DNA of 32,000 nucleotides from Microcystis aeruginosa NIES-843 (GTDB lineage: Bacteria > Cyanobacteriota > Cyanobacteriia > Cyanobacteriales > Microcystaceae): assembly GCF_000010625.1 (NCBI RefSeq), contig NC_010296.1, positions 5,220,001 to 5,252,000 of the forward strand, read 5' to 3'. The notes beneath the pieces were generated by a model that worked only from the letters and a program-made list of their open reading frames with translations, ran no database searches and had not been told where the DNA came from. The stretch's first letter is position 1; each line of letters begins with the position of its first letter. Shown in pieces: positions 1-7,597 of the stretch. Made by a program: the position numbers and the translations under genes.

Positions 1-46
1 AAAACGGACGGCGATTCCCAAAACTCACAATTTGGGTTTCTGCTTC
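1..46 (-). repeat. Solo right-end (RE) fragment of an IS200/IS605-family tnpB-type element, cut by the window edge
   Basis: nt 1-46 match 8896-8941 at 44/46 positions. That region is the 3' arm of the RE hairpin plus the last tnpB codons of the element at 8880-10205. Similarity stops abruptly at nt 47 and no TnpB-like frame follows. Confidence 0.55.
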
Positions 47-303
47 ATAGATGACATGACATCCCAGCAAGACGGCTATTTGCCGTTGAGATAAATTTAC
101 CTCTTGACCAAGTTGGTAGAGCAAGTTTCTTGGTTCTATGTTAGGATGTTGGTGGCTTCATTTTTGGGTCTGATTTGTTGTTGTTAAAGATCAGAATATA
201 CCTGATGAGCCTTTCTCTGTCAACTCTTAAGGCTGATGCGTTTCCTTTTTGAATTGGCGTTTTTGTTGGTAACGAAGCTGATAAGCGGTAGGGTGAATAA
301 AAA

Positions 304-1089
304 ATGACAGAACAAGCTTGGTGGGTACAAAAATGGCTGGAACTACTCGATTCCTATCGCTTTAAAAAACGCTTGGAACGAGCTAGACTTTACGCCAGAG
401 AAGGCAATGTTTTAAGTATTGACTTTGAAGACTCGCAAGTTATTGCCAGAGTACAAGGCAGTGAACCAGAGCCTTATATAGTGGATTTATCCCTAGTCGC
501 TTTTAGTGATGAAGAATGGGATTATATTATTAAGCTTCTCTCCAAAAAGGCCATTTATTCCGCTCAATTGCTCACGGGACAAATGCCCGATCATATCGAG
601 CGTGTTTTTATCGATAGTGGGGTGAATTTATTTCCCTTTTCCCTAGCTGATATTCGCTCTCGTTGTACCTGTCCCGATCAAGCCAACCCCTGCAAACATA
701 TAGGAGCAGTATATTATCAATTGGGCGATCGTTTTAGCGTCGATCCCTTCTTGCTTTTGCAACTGCGCGGCCGAACCAAAAGCCAAATTCTGGAAGCTTT
801 ACGAGAAAAACGCTCCTATTCCTCTGATAATCAACCTTTAGCAGTCAGTGAACCCCCCACAGTAGTCGAAAAAACTGCCCCCGACAGCACTATCGATCGC
901 TTTTGGCAGTACGATGAGGAGCTAGACCCCTCCCTAGTTGTGATTACGCCGGGGAATGAAAATCAAACCATTCTCGACATTTTAGGCAATTTTCCCCTCG
1001 CTGCCCCCGAATCAGATGCCATAGAACAATTTTTAAAACCAATTTACCGGCAAATTCCCCAAGAAGCGATGGCGATTGCTTTACAGTAG
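304..1089 (+). CDS. SWIM zinc-finger domain protein
   Basis: ATG-initiated 261-aa ORF with a CxCx(n)CxH SWIM signature in SRCTCPDQANPCKHIGAVYYQL. The overall layout resembles bacterial SWIM proteins that usually accompany SNF2-type helicases. Confidence 0.8.
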   Translation: MTEQAWWVQKWLELLDSYRFKKRLERARLYAREGNVLSIDFEDSQVIARVQGSEPEPYIVDLSLVAFSDEEWDYIIKLLSKKAIYSAQLLTGQMPDHIERVFIDSGVNLFPFSLADIRSRCTCPDQANPCKHIGAVYYQLGDRFSVDPFLLLQLRGRTKSQILEALREKRSYSSDNQPLAVSEPPTVVEKTAPDSTIDRFWQYDEELDPSLVVITPGNENQTILDILGNFPLAAPESDAIEQFLKPIYRQIPQEAMAIALQ

Positions 1090-1103
1090 GGGAATTTGAG
1101 GTA

Positions 1104-2057
1104 TATAGTTATTTCAAATAAGAACGAGACACTAGGCGACACAATAAGTACGAATAATTTCATCAAGGGGTGTCCCCACAGGAGCATACATTCTTGCCCT
1201 CTTTAATGCACTAAAATCATGTTCGATATCATTTAAATCAGGAGAGTATTTTGGCAAAAACACGACCTGATGACCTGCTTCCTCTACCAGTTGTTTAATG
1301 ACTGTCTTCCGATGAATTGGTGCATTATCCATAATTAATACTGATGTTATGGTTAGAGAGGGCAACAAATATAAAGATAACCACCCTTCAAAACCTTCGG
1401 CATTCAGGCTTCTCGTAAATACCATCGGTGCAATAAAGTCTTTTTTTCCCTTTCTTCTACCAGCGACAAGGTTCTCTCTTTTTCCTCGTTTTCCTTGTCT
1501 ATCTCCAAAGACTTTCTTCCCTTTTTTTGACCAAGCATAAAAACAGGCTTGAAATTCTTCAAACCCTGACTCATCAATAAATACAAGGCTTTCACTTCCA
1601 TATATTTTAATCAATTCTCTCAGCACTCTGTAGTATTTCATTCTTTCTTCTCGGTTTCTTTCTCTATAACGAAGTTCCTTCTTTTTTCTGGTAACTTTCA
1701 TGTTTTTTAAGGCATAGCAAATGGCACTTGGTCTCACTCCAAATTTCTCGGCTCTGTCTCTTAATCTTGCCTCGGGATTTTCTTGGACATCTTTTGACAG
1801 TGCTTTCCAGTCCAGCTTTCTCTGACGGTGTTTTACCTTTGTTGCTTCCAGTTTTTCCCTACCTAGCCATCTATATATCGTCGCTCTTCCTATATTAAAT
1901 AGAGCGGCGGCTTTGGTTATGCTTCCCCCATTCTCTACATAATCGATTACTTTTTTTCTCAAGTCTAGGCTATAAGACATTTTTCTGTATGGGTTGCTCG
2001 TTTCTCTTGATTTTACCTTATTTTTCCCTCGTCTCACACTTATTTGAAATGACTATA
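1104..2057 (-). mobile_element. IS630-family insertion sequence, apparently complete
   Basis: Terminal inverted repeats TATAGTTATTTCAAATAAG (1104-1122) and CTTATTTGAAATGACTATA (2039-2057) are 18/19 complementary. TA lies at both extremities, as expected for IS630/Tc1-mariner TA duplication. A single transposase ORF lies inside. Confidence 0.85.
1132..1980 (-). CDS. IS630-family DDE transposase
   Basis: N-terminal HTH (MSYSLDLRKKVIDYVENGGSITKAAALFNIGRATIYRW) and a C-terminal DDE-type region (FIDESGF ... IMDNAPIHR ... LPKYSPDLNDIEHDFSALK). The track ORF begins at GTG 2037; ATG 1980 (MSYSLDLRKK) is the more likely start. Confidence 0.9.
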   Translation of the reverse strand: MSYSLDLRKKVIDYVENGGSITKAAALFNIGRATIYRWLGREKLEATKVKHRQRKLDWKALSKDVQENPEARLRDRAEKFGVRPSAICYALKNMKVTRKKKELRYRERNREERMKYYRVLRELIKIYGSESLVFIDESGFEEFQACFYAWSKKGKKVFGDRQGKRGKRENLVAGRRKGKKDFIAPMVFTRSLNAEGFEGWLSLYLLPSLTITSVLIMDNAPIHRKTVIKQLVEEAGHQVVFLPKYSPDLNDIEHDFSALKRARMYAPVGTPLDEIIRTYCVA

Positions 2058-2113
2058 AGTAGCTGGTTATAATTAAATTAAAAATGGATTTTAGGTTCGA
2101 TCCTCCCTGCCCC

Positions 2114-2259
2114 CCCTTGATAAGGTAGGGTTGATTCAAGGTAGGGTTGATTCAAGGTAGGGTTGATTCAAGGTAGGGTTGATTCAAGGTAGGGTTGATT
2201 CAAGGTAGGGTTGATTCAAGGTAGGGTTGATTCATGAATCAACCCTACCCTTGATAAGG
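2114..2259. repeat. 16-bp tandem repeat (GGTAGGGTTGATTCAA x6 plus one 15-nt unit, 2124-2234) fused to a palindrome and flanked by 12-bp direct repeats
   Basis: Units start at 2124, 2140, 2156, 2172, 2188, 2204 and 2220. The last unit runs into its own reverse complement (TAGGGTTGATTCA|TGAATCAACCCTA, centre 2234/2235). CCCTTGATAAGG occurs on both sides (2114-2125 and 2248-2259). Confidence 0.9.
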
Positions 2260-2292
2260 GTGGTGTCTGATAATTTTTAACGCCTACCTACT

Positions 2293-2509
2293 TAGGATCA
2301 GCTGAATAAATCTAAAAACCTTGTTGGATAGGACTTTTAGACTTTTTTCCCCTCAAAAAGTGCCAGCCATTGCGGGGATCGGGGGGAAAATTCAGGTGCT
2401 TTTTCCCTGAAAATTAGGTAATTGACCACCTGAAAATGGGTAAAACCCCACACCCCACACCCCACACCCCACACCCTGCCCCTAGGAAAAACTTTTTCAG
2501 CAGACCCTA
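2293..2509 (+). repeat. MITE-like element, copy A (~217 bp, TA-flanked, 4 x CCCCACA)
   Basis: Collinear with 20475-20692 and, in inverse orientation, with 17357-17763 and 30661-30857. Ends are TA-GGATCAGCTGAA ... TTCAGCAGACCC-TA. The internal (CCCCACA)4 lies at 2446-2473. A 16-bp direct repeat CCTACTTAGGATCAGC sits at 2287-2302 and 2506-2521. Confidence 0.8.
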
Positions 2510-2619
2510 CTTAGGATCAGCCCGTTCAAAGTGGTGCAAAAGACAAAAAAGCCAGCCAGATTTGTCCTCGCATCAGGGCCAGGAATTAACCATGGAGAAA
2601 ATCGCCCCACCACTAACCG

Positions 2620-5256
2620 CTAAACCGTCTTACTTTTGCTGGTTTTACTGCCTGGGGAAGTAGTTTTTTTGGTCGTGCTAGAAGTAGTTTTCTTAGTAGT
2701 GGTTTTCTTGGCAGTGGTTGTCTTGGCCGCTAGGGCGACTAAAGCTTGTTCTAGAGTCAGGGTTTCGGCGGTTTCTCCTTCGGGAATCTTGGCGTTGGTC
2801 TTACCGTGCTTGATATAAACTCCGTAGGGACCTTCGTACAATCCCACGGATTCCCCATCGTCGGGATGTTTACCCAATTCTTTTAAGGGTGGTTTGGTGG
2901 AACCGCGGGCGCTGCGAGTTTTTTTCGGTTCGGCTAATAAGGCCAAAGCTCGATCGAGGGTTATGGTTAAGACATCATCGCCGGCTTTCAGGGAACGATA
3001 TTCTTTTTCCTTACCCTGTTCCTGAACTATATAGGGGCCAAAACGACCTAAGCTGGCTTTAATTTTGCCTCCGGTGAGGGGATGGGTTCCCAGTAGTCGC
3101 GGCAGTGCCAATAAACCCACCGCTTGTTCGAGGGTGACATCCTCTGGTTTGACTCCTTTGGGTAGGGAGGCGCGTTTCGGTTTGGGGTTGTCATCGCTGA
3201 CATCTCCTAACTGGACGTAGGGGCCGTAACTACCCACGAGCAGATAAATTGGCTCTCCGCTGTCGGGATGAAGACCTAATTTATCGGGACCCTCGGTTTT
3301 CTGTCGCAGCAGGGTTTCTACCTGTTCGGGGTTGAGGTCGGCGGGGGTTAAATCGGCGGGGATGGAAGCGGTGAGGATTTGATCGCCTCGGGAGACTTCC
3401 AGATAGGGACCGTATTTGCCGATCTTGATAGTTGCCTGTAAATCCTCTAAAATCACCGATTTGGCGGTGCTAGAGTTAATTTGACTCTCGCGCTCTTTTA
3501 CTTGGCTTTCTAGCCCTTTTTCGCCGCGATAGAAGCGATCGAGATAGGGCAACCATTGAGCGGAACCAGTGGCGATATCGTCGAGAGTTTCCTCCATTTT
3601 CGAGGTAAATTTGGGATCTACCAGGTCGGGGAAATGATTTTCTAACAAACTAACCACGGCAAAAGCGGTGAAGGTGGGAATCAAGGTTTTATTCCGCATT
3701 TGGGCATAACCGCGATCGATAATTGTGCCGAGAATGGTGGCGTAGGTGCTGGGTCGCCCGATTCCTTCACTTTCGAGGGTTTTTACGAGGGAGGCTTCGC
3801 TATAACGGGCGGGGGGTTGGGTATCGTGGCTAATGGCTTCTAGTTGGCGACAATTGGGGGTATCACCGACGCTGAGGGCGGGTAAGATTATTTCTTGGTC
3901 GTCGATGGCGGCTTCGGGATCGTCGGAACCTTCCACATAGGCGCGGAAAAAGCCGGGGAAGTCGATTCTTTTGCCGGAGGAGCGAAATCCGGCATTTTCT
4001 ACCTGAATATTAACGGCGATCTGGGTAATGCGGGCATCGGCCATCTGTGAGGCGACGGTACGTTTCCAGATTAGGTCGTAGAGGGCGAATTCTAGTCCGC
4101 TCAGTCCGGTTTCCCGGGGCAGGCGAAAGCTACTACCGGCGGGCCGGATGGCTTCGTGGGCCTCCTGTGCGCCTTTGCTTTTGGTGGTGTACTGCCGGGG
4201 TTGGGGACTGAGGTAATTTTTTCCGTACATTTGTTCTACACAATTGCGGGCGGCGGTGATGGCCTGATCGGAAAGATGGACGGAATCGGTCCGCATATAG
4301 GTGATGTAGCCCTGTTCGTAGAGATTTTGGGCGATTCGCATGGTGTCGCGGGCGGATATGCCCAGTTTCCGGTTAGCCTCTTGCTGTAGGGTGGAGGTGG
4401 TGAAGGGGGGGGAAGGTTTGCGAGTGGTGGGTTTTTCTTCGGTGTGGCTAACGCGCCAGATTTTGTCTTCGATGCGTTCTTTTAAGGCGGCGGCGGTGGC
4501 TTGATCCAAAAGTGTCACCTGGCGACCGGGGAGCAGTCTGCCGGTGTCGGCATCGAAATCGCTGCCATTTGCCACTTTTTGACCGTTTAAGGTGACTAAT
4601 TTCGACTCGAATTGATTTTTGTCTTTTTCGAGGGTGGCTTTCAGGTCCCAATAATTGGCGGTTTTAAAGGCTCGTCGTTCTCGTTCCCGTTGTACGAGCA
4701 GACGTACCGCCACGGATTGCACCCGGCCGGCGGATAACCCTTTGGAGATTTTTTTCCAAAGTAGGGGGGAGAGGGTATAACCGTAGAGGCGATCGAGTAT
4801 GCGGCGGGTTTCTTGGGCGTGAACTAAATTTTCGTCGATGGAGCGACAATTTTTGAGGGCGGCTTGGATTGCCTCTTTGGTGATTTCGTGAAATACCATC
4901 CTTTTGGTGGGTATTTTCGGGTTGAGTACCTGCAAGAGATGCCAACTGATGCTTTCGCCTTCCCGATCTTCGTCGGTGGCGAGGATCAGTTCGCTGGCCC
5001 CTTTGAGGGCTTCTTTTAATTCTTTGACGACTTTACTTTTGGTTTTGGGGACGACGTAGAGGGGGTCGAAATCGTTCTCCACATCTACGCCTAAGTTGGC
5101 CCAGGATTTGTCTTTGTGGGCGGGGGGAATTTCTTCGGCAGAGGCGGGCAGATCGCGGATGTGGCCCATGGAGGCTTGGACTCGATAGCCGCTAGGCAGA
5201 TAATTGCTGATCGTCCGAGCTTTGGTGGGGGATTCGACAATAACCAGGGTTGACAT
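2620..5256 (-). CDS. topA: DNA topoisomerase I
   Basis: 878-aa ORF with an N-terminal Toprim ([21 protein letters not shown]), the catalytic-Tyr motif [10 protein letters not shown], and repeated C-terminal Topo-I repeats (GPYVQLG / GPYIVQ / [10 protein letters not shown]). It ends in a Lys/Thr-rich tail ([29 protein letters not shown]). Confidence 0.97.
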   Translation of the reverse strand: MSTLVIVESPTKARTISNYLPSGYRVQASMGHIRDLPASAEEIPPAHKDKSWANLGVDVENDFDPLYVVPKTKSKVVKELKEALKGASELILATDEDREGESISWHLLQVLNPKIPTKRMVFHEITKEAIQAALKNCRSIDENLVHAQETRRILDRLYGYTLSPLLWKKISKGLSAGRVQSVAVRLLVQRERERRAFKTANYWDLKATLEKDKNQFESKLVTLNGQKVANGSDFDADTGRLLPGRQVTLLDQATAAALKERIEDKIWRVSHTEEKPTTRKPSPPFTTSTLQQEANRKLGISARDTMRIAQNLYEQGYITYMRTDSVHLSDQAITAARNCVEQMYGKNYLSPQPRQYTTKSKGAQEAHEAIRPAGSSFRLPRETGLSGLEFALYDLIWKRTVASQMADARITQIAVNIQVENAGFRSSGKRIDFPGFFRAYVEGSDDPEAAIDDQEIILPALSVGDTPNCRQLEAISHDTQPPARYSEASLVKTLESEGIGRPSTYATILGTIIDRGYAQMRNKTLIPTFTAFAVVSLLENHFPDLVDPKFTSKMEETLDDIATGSAQWLPYLDRFYRGEKGLESQVKERESQINSSTAKSVILEDLQATIKIGKYGPYLEVSRGDQILTASIPADLTPADLNPEQVETLLRQKTEGPDKLGLHPDSGEPIYLLVGSYGPYVQLGDVSDDNPKPKRASLPKGVKPEDVTLEQAVGLLALPRLLGTHPLTGGKIKASLGRFGPYIVQEQGKEKEYRSLKAGDDVLTITLDRALALLAEPKKTRSARGSTKPPLKELGKHPDDGESVGLYEGPYGVYIKHGKTNAKIPEGETAETLTLEQALVALAAKTTTAKKTTTKKTTSSTTKKTTSPGSKTSKSKTV

Positions 5257-5445
5257 AGGAATTGATCACGAGGGCATGGCCACAGCGACTGTTTTAGTTA
5301 GACTGACCATCTTTGTTTGATGATGGGCAAAAGTTACTATTTATCTTGACCGGCTTGATTCGGGTCAAAAGCCACTTACTACGATAATAGAGATTAAAGC
5401 TGGTGTTTTGTCACTAACTTCTTAATAAAACTTAATATTTTTCTG

Positions 5446-5592
5446 AAGCAGGGAGATGGGAGCAGGGAGTGGGGAGAAGGGGAGAGGGGAGACCAATTCG
5501 TGCGCGTTGCGGGGGGAGATGGGAGCAGGGAGAAGGGAGAAAAAAGCTGACACTGATGACTGATAACTGATAACTGATGACTGATGACTGAC
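5446..5592. repeat. Purine-rich GGGAGA-type low-complexity block followed by a (CTGAYRA)n heptamer run
   Basis: The 19-mer GGGAGATGGGAGCAGGGAG occurs twice (5451-5469, 5514-5532). About 6.5 heptamers CTGACAC/CTGATGA/CTGATAA lie at 5547-5592. Track ORFs here (5422-5676, 5432-5623) are translations of the repeats. Confidence 0.8.
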
Positions 5593-6145
5593 TCCTAACC
5601 CCATATTCGCCAAAGATAAGCAAAATTTATTGATTGATGCCAAAAACTTGAGAATATTTAAATTAACATTCCGCAATATTTATAAATTCTTAAAAATTAA
5701 TTGAGAAAGATTTTTATTTAACAACGATGTTACAATGGTTACAGCGATTTTACTGAATTTCATAATGGAATATTCTGTGCTTTTTTAGGCAGCAATGGTT
5801 GAAACCCTCACCAAACCTAGAAGGTTATCCTAATTAGGACGGGTAAATTAGTCAATTTCACCAACAACGATGATCTTTTTTGTGTGTAGTTTTATTGCAA
5901 AAAAAAAGTTTTTTTGACAAAAAGCACAAAGTATGATATGCACCCAACGTATTTCTGGCTGCCAGTAGTTATTGCAGAGTAGGATGGGGAGAAGGGAGAA
6001 TAAATAAAAATAATCCTCCTGACTGGAAAGAGGGTGTAGGGTGTGGGGTGTGGTGCGATTCGTTGGCTAGAAACTAGACAGTAAGACGTTTAGAGGATTA
6101 GCCGCTTGGTAAATGTAGTACCTTGATAACTTTATAACCCTACAG

Positions 6146-6837
6146 GTGCGGGTTAGTAATAACCTTAGTCCTGTCCTCTAGATGCCTAGAGTGACGGCAT
6201 TTCCTGCTGCTTTAGACTTGGTACATCTGAGGTAGTGAGCGAGGAAAAAAAAGCGGTATCTGATAGCCTAAATCAGAAACCCGTTGAGCCAGAACCTATG
6301 GATAGCCCTGGGGCGAAGATACGAATTAACCATCGTCAACACCCACGAGCCAAAAGGCTGACAGGCTCGAAACAAAAGTTAACAGAGTTGGGGCTGATAG
6401 CTCATACCACTATCAGTAAGGCATTCCCGTTACTCTGTTGTGGACAGTATCATCCTAAGGGTTCAACCAATGGTTATAGGGAACGAAGTAACCCTGATTG
6501 ACTCTGCCCGTTCGGGGCAGTAGGAAACCATCCGCAAGTCAATAGAGGGAGAGGATGTCCTTAAAAGCCAAGGCTTTGAGTAATATCAAAGATATGCTGA
6601 CAAAGGACGGGTAACTAGGAAGTCTAAGCAACAATCAACGGTCATATACGCCCTAAAACCAACAATCTTGTCTGGTGGGGATACAGCCAAGAGGGTTGAA
6701 TAGACAAGGAAATAATAATTCCCATTATTATTCTACTAATGACAGTAGCCTAGTTACTCAGGAGCCGGATACGGCGAAAGTCGTAAGTCCGGTTTTGAAG
6801 CAGGGGGTGGGAAGGCGACTTCCTGCTCTACTGTAAC
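6146..6837 (+). mobile_element. ORF-less group II intron (ribozyme only); 3' end approximate (6831-6837)
   Basis: GTGCG lies at 6146. Domain V at 6762-6795 (GAGCCGGAUACGGCGAAAGUCGUAAGUCCGGUUU) has the AGC triad, a 2-nt bulge and a GAAA tetraloop. A domain VI-like hairpin GGAAG-GCGA-CUUCC lies at 6810-6823, with a candidate branch A at 6830, 8 nt before ...AAC at 6837. Interior motifs resemble bacterial domain I/III (UAUAGGGAACGAAG 6475-6488; UGGGGAUAC). No reverse-transcriptase ORF is present. Confidence 0.75.
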
Positions 6838-6953
6838 GGGTGTAGGGAAGGAAACCTCTTTCATCTGTGGTGGTGAAAATTTTTTCATCAGGACTGACGC
6901 CTGACGACCGACGCCTAACCCCACCAACCAACTTTTTGCCGCAAACCCTAGTT

Positions 6954-7568
6954 ATGTCTGATTTACGTCAATATGCTCCGGCAACAGAACGCAATCGTCA
7001 GCCGATTTTAGAAGTTCTCAGCCAATTTTTACCGAAGACTGGGAATATCCTAGAAATATCTAGCGGCACGGGTGAACACGCTGTTTTTTTTGCTCCTCGT
7101 CTTGCTCCTTGTCGTTGGATTCCCTCGGATTGTAACCCTCTGGCTCTAGATAGTATTCGCAGTTGGTGCGATTATTGTCCTAGTTCTAATCTCGATCGCC
7201 CCCTATTTATCGATGTTCATCAGTCAGTTTGGGCGGTAGAGACGGAAAATATCGTTATTAATGCGATTGTTAATATTAACATGATTCATATCGCCCCTTG
7301 GTCCGCTTGTTTAGCGTTAATGGCAGGAGCGAGTCGCATTCTCAGTCCGGGGGGAATTCTCTATCTTTATGGTCCCTATAAACGACAGGGAAAACATACT
7401 TCTCCTAGTAATGAAAGCTTTGATTTTTCTCTCCGTTCTCAAAACTCTACTTGGGGAGTTAGGAATTTAGAAGATGTGGTGCAAGCAGCGAGCGATCGAG
7501 GTTTACAATTGTTAGAAGTAATTCCTATGCCAGCTAATAATCTCTCGGTTTTATTTCAATTGCCTTAA
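6954..7568 (+). CDS. DUF938-family class I SAM-dependent methyltransferase-like protein
   Basis: MSDLRQYAPATERNRQPILEVL ... LEISSGTGEHAVFFAP ... YLYGPYKRQGKHTSPSNESFDFSLRSQNSTWGVRNLEDV ... MPANNL matches the DUF938 pattern as I recall it. The track ORF starts at GTG 6867 inside repeat DNA, so ATG 6954 is preferred. Confidence 0.75.
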   Translation: MSDLRQYAPATERNRQPILEVLSQFLPKTGNILEISSGTGEHAVFFAPRLAPCRWIPSDCNPLALDSIRSWCDYCPSSNLDRPLFIDVHQSVWAVETENIVINAIVNINMIHIAPWSACLALMAGASRILSPGGILYLYGPYKRQGKHTSPSNESFDFSLRSQNSTWGVRNLEDVVQAASDRGLQLLEVIPMPANNLSVLFQLP

Positions 7569-7596
7569 CTGATAACTGATAACTGATAACTGATAA
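7569..7596. repeat. (CTGATAA)4 heptamer microsatellite filling a convergent intergenic gap
   Basis: Four perfect CTGATAA units lie between the TAA of the DUF938 gene (7566-7568) and the stop of the iron-binding protein gene (7598-7600). Confidence 0.95.
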
Positions 7597-7597
7597 C

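Noticed and set aside
2094-2103. GGTTCGATCC, a tRNA T-arm-like string that could mark a tRNA gene or an integrase att site
   Set aside because: The flanks give only a 3-bp T-stem. There is no acceptor, D or anticodon arm upstream, where the sequence is AT-rich, and no CCA-proximal acceptor strand. It is probably a chance match.
2124-2234. A regularly spaced 16-bp repeat that could be mistaken for a CRISPR array
   Set aside because: The units are directly adjacent with no spacers, the repeat is too short, and no cas genes are present. It is a tandem repeat fused to a palindrome.
2436-2818. Track ORFs 2436-2663 (+) and 2636-2818 (+)
   Set aside because: The first is a translation of the MITE heptamer tract (HPTPHTPHP). 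The second is antisense to the low-complexity 3' end of topA. Neither has an RBS or coding signature.
4156-4945. Antisense or alternative-frame ORFs within topA (4156-4389 +, 4448-4651 -, 4664-4945 -). Similar shadow ORFs occur inside other genes: 1349-1540, 1404-1601, 8307-8519, 9501-9737, 9897-10115, 11705-11944, 15560-15838, 18132-18383, 19795-20172, 20194-20469, 21275-21499, 24442-24645, 25348-25551, 26034-26273, 27586-27909, 28021-28203, 28906-29148 and 31579-31782.
   Set aside because: Each is wholly embedded in a much longer ORF with clear family motifs. Their composition is typical of off-frame translation (Arg/Pro/Ser- or Leu/Phe-rich).
5422-5676. Track ORFs 5422-5676 and 5432-5623 (-)
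   Set aside because: They are translations of the GGGAGA-type and CTGATRA repeats and give low-complexity, repetitive peptides.
6235-6501. An 88-aa GTG-initiated ORF inside the putative group II intron, considered as a degenerate intron-encoded protein
   Set aside because: It has no RT, maturase or endonuclease motifs. It lies across domain I rather than domain IV and is too short.
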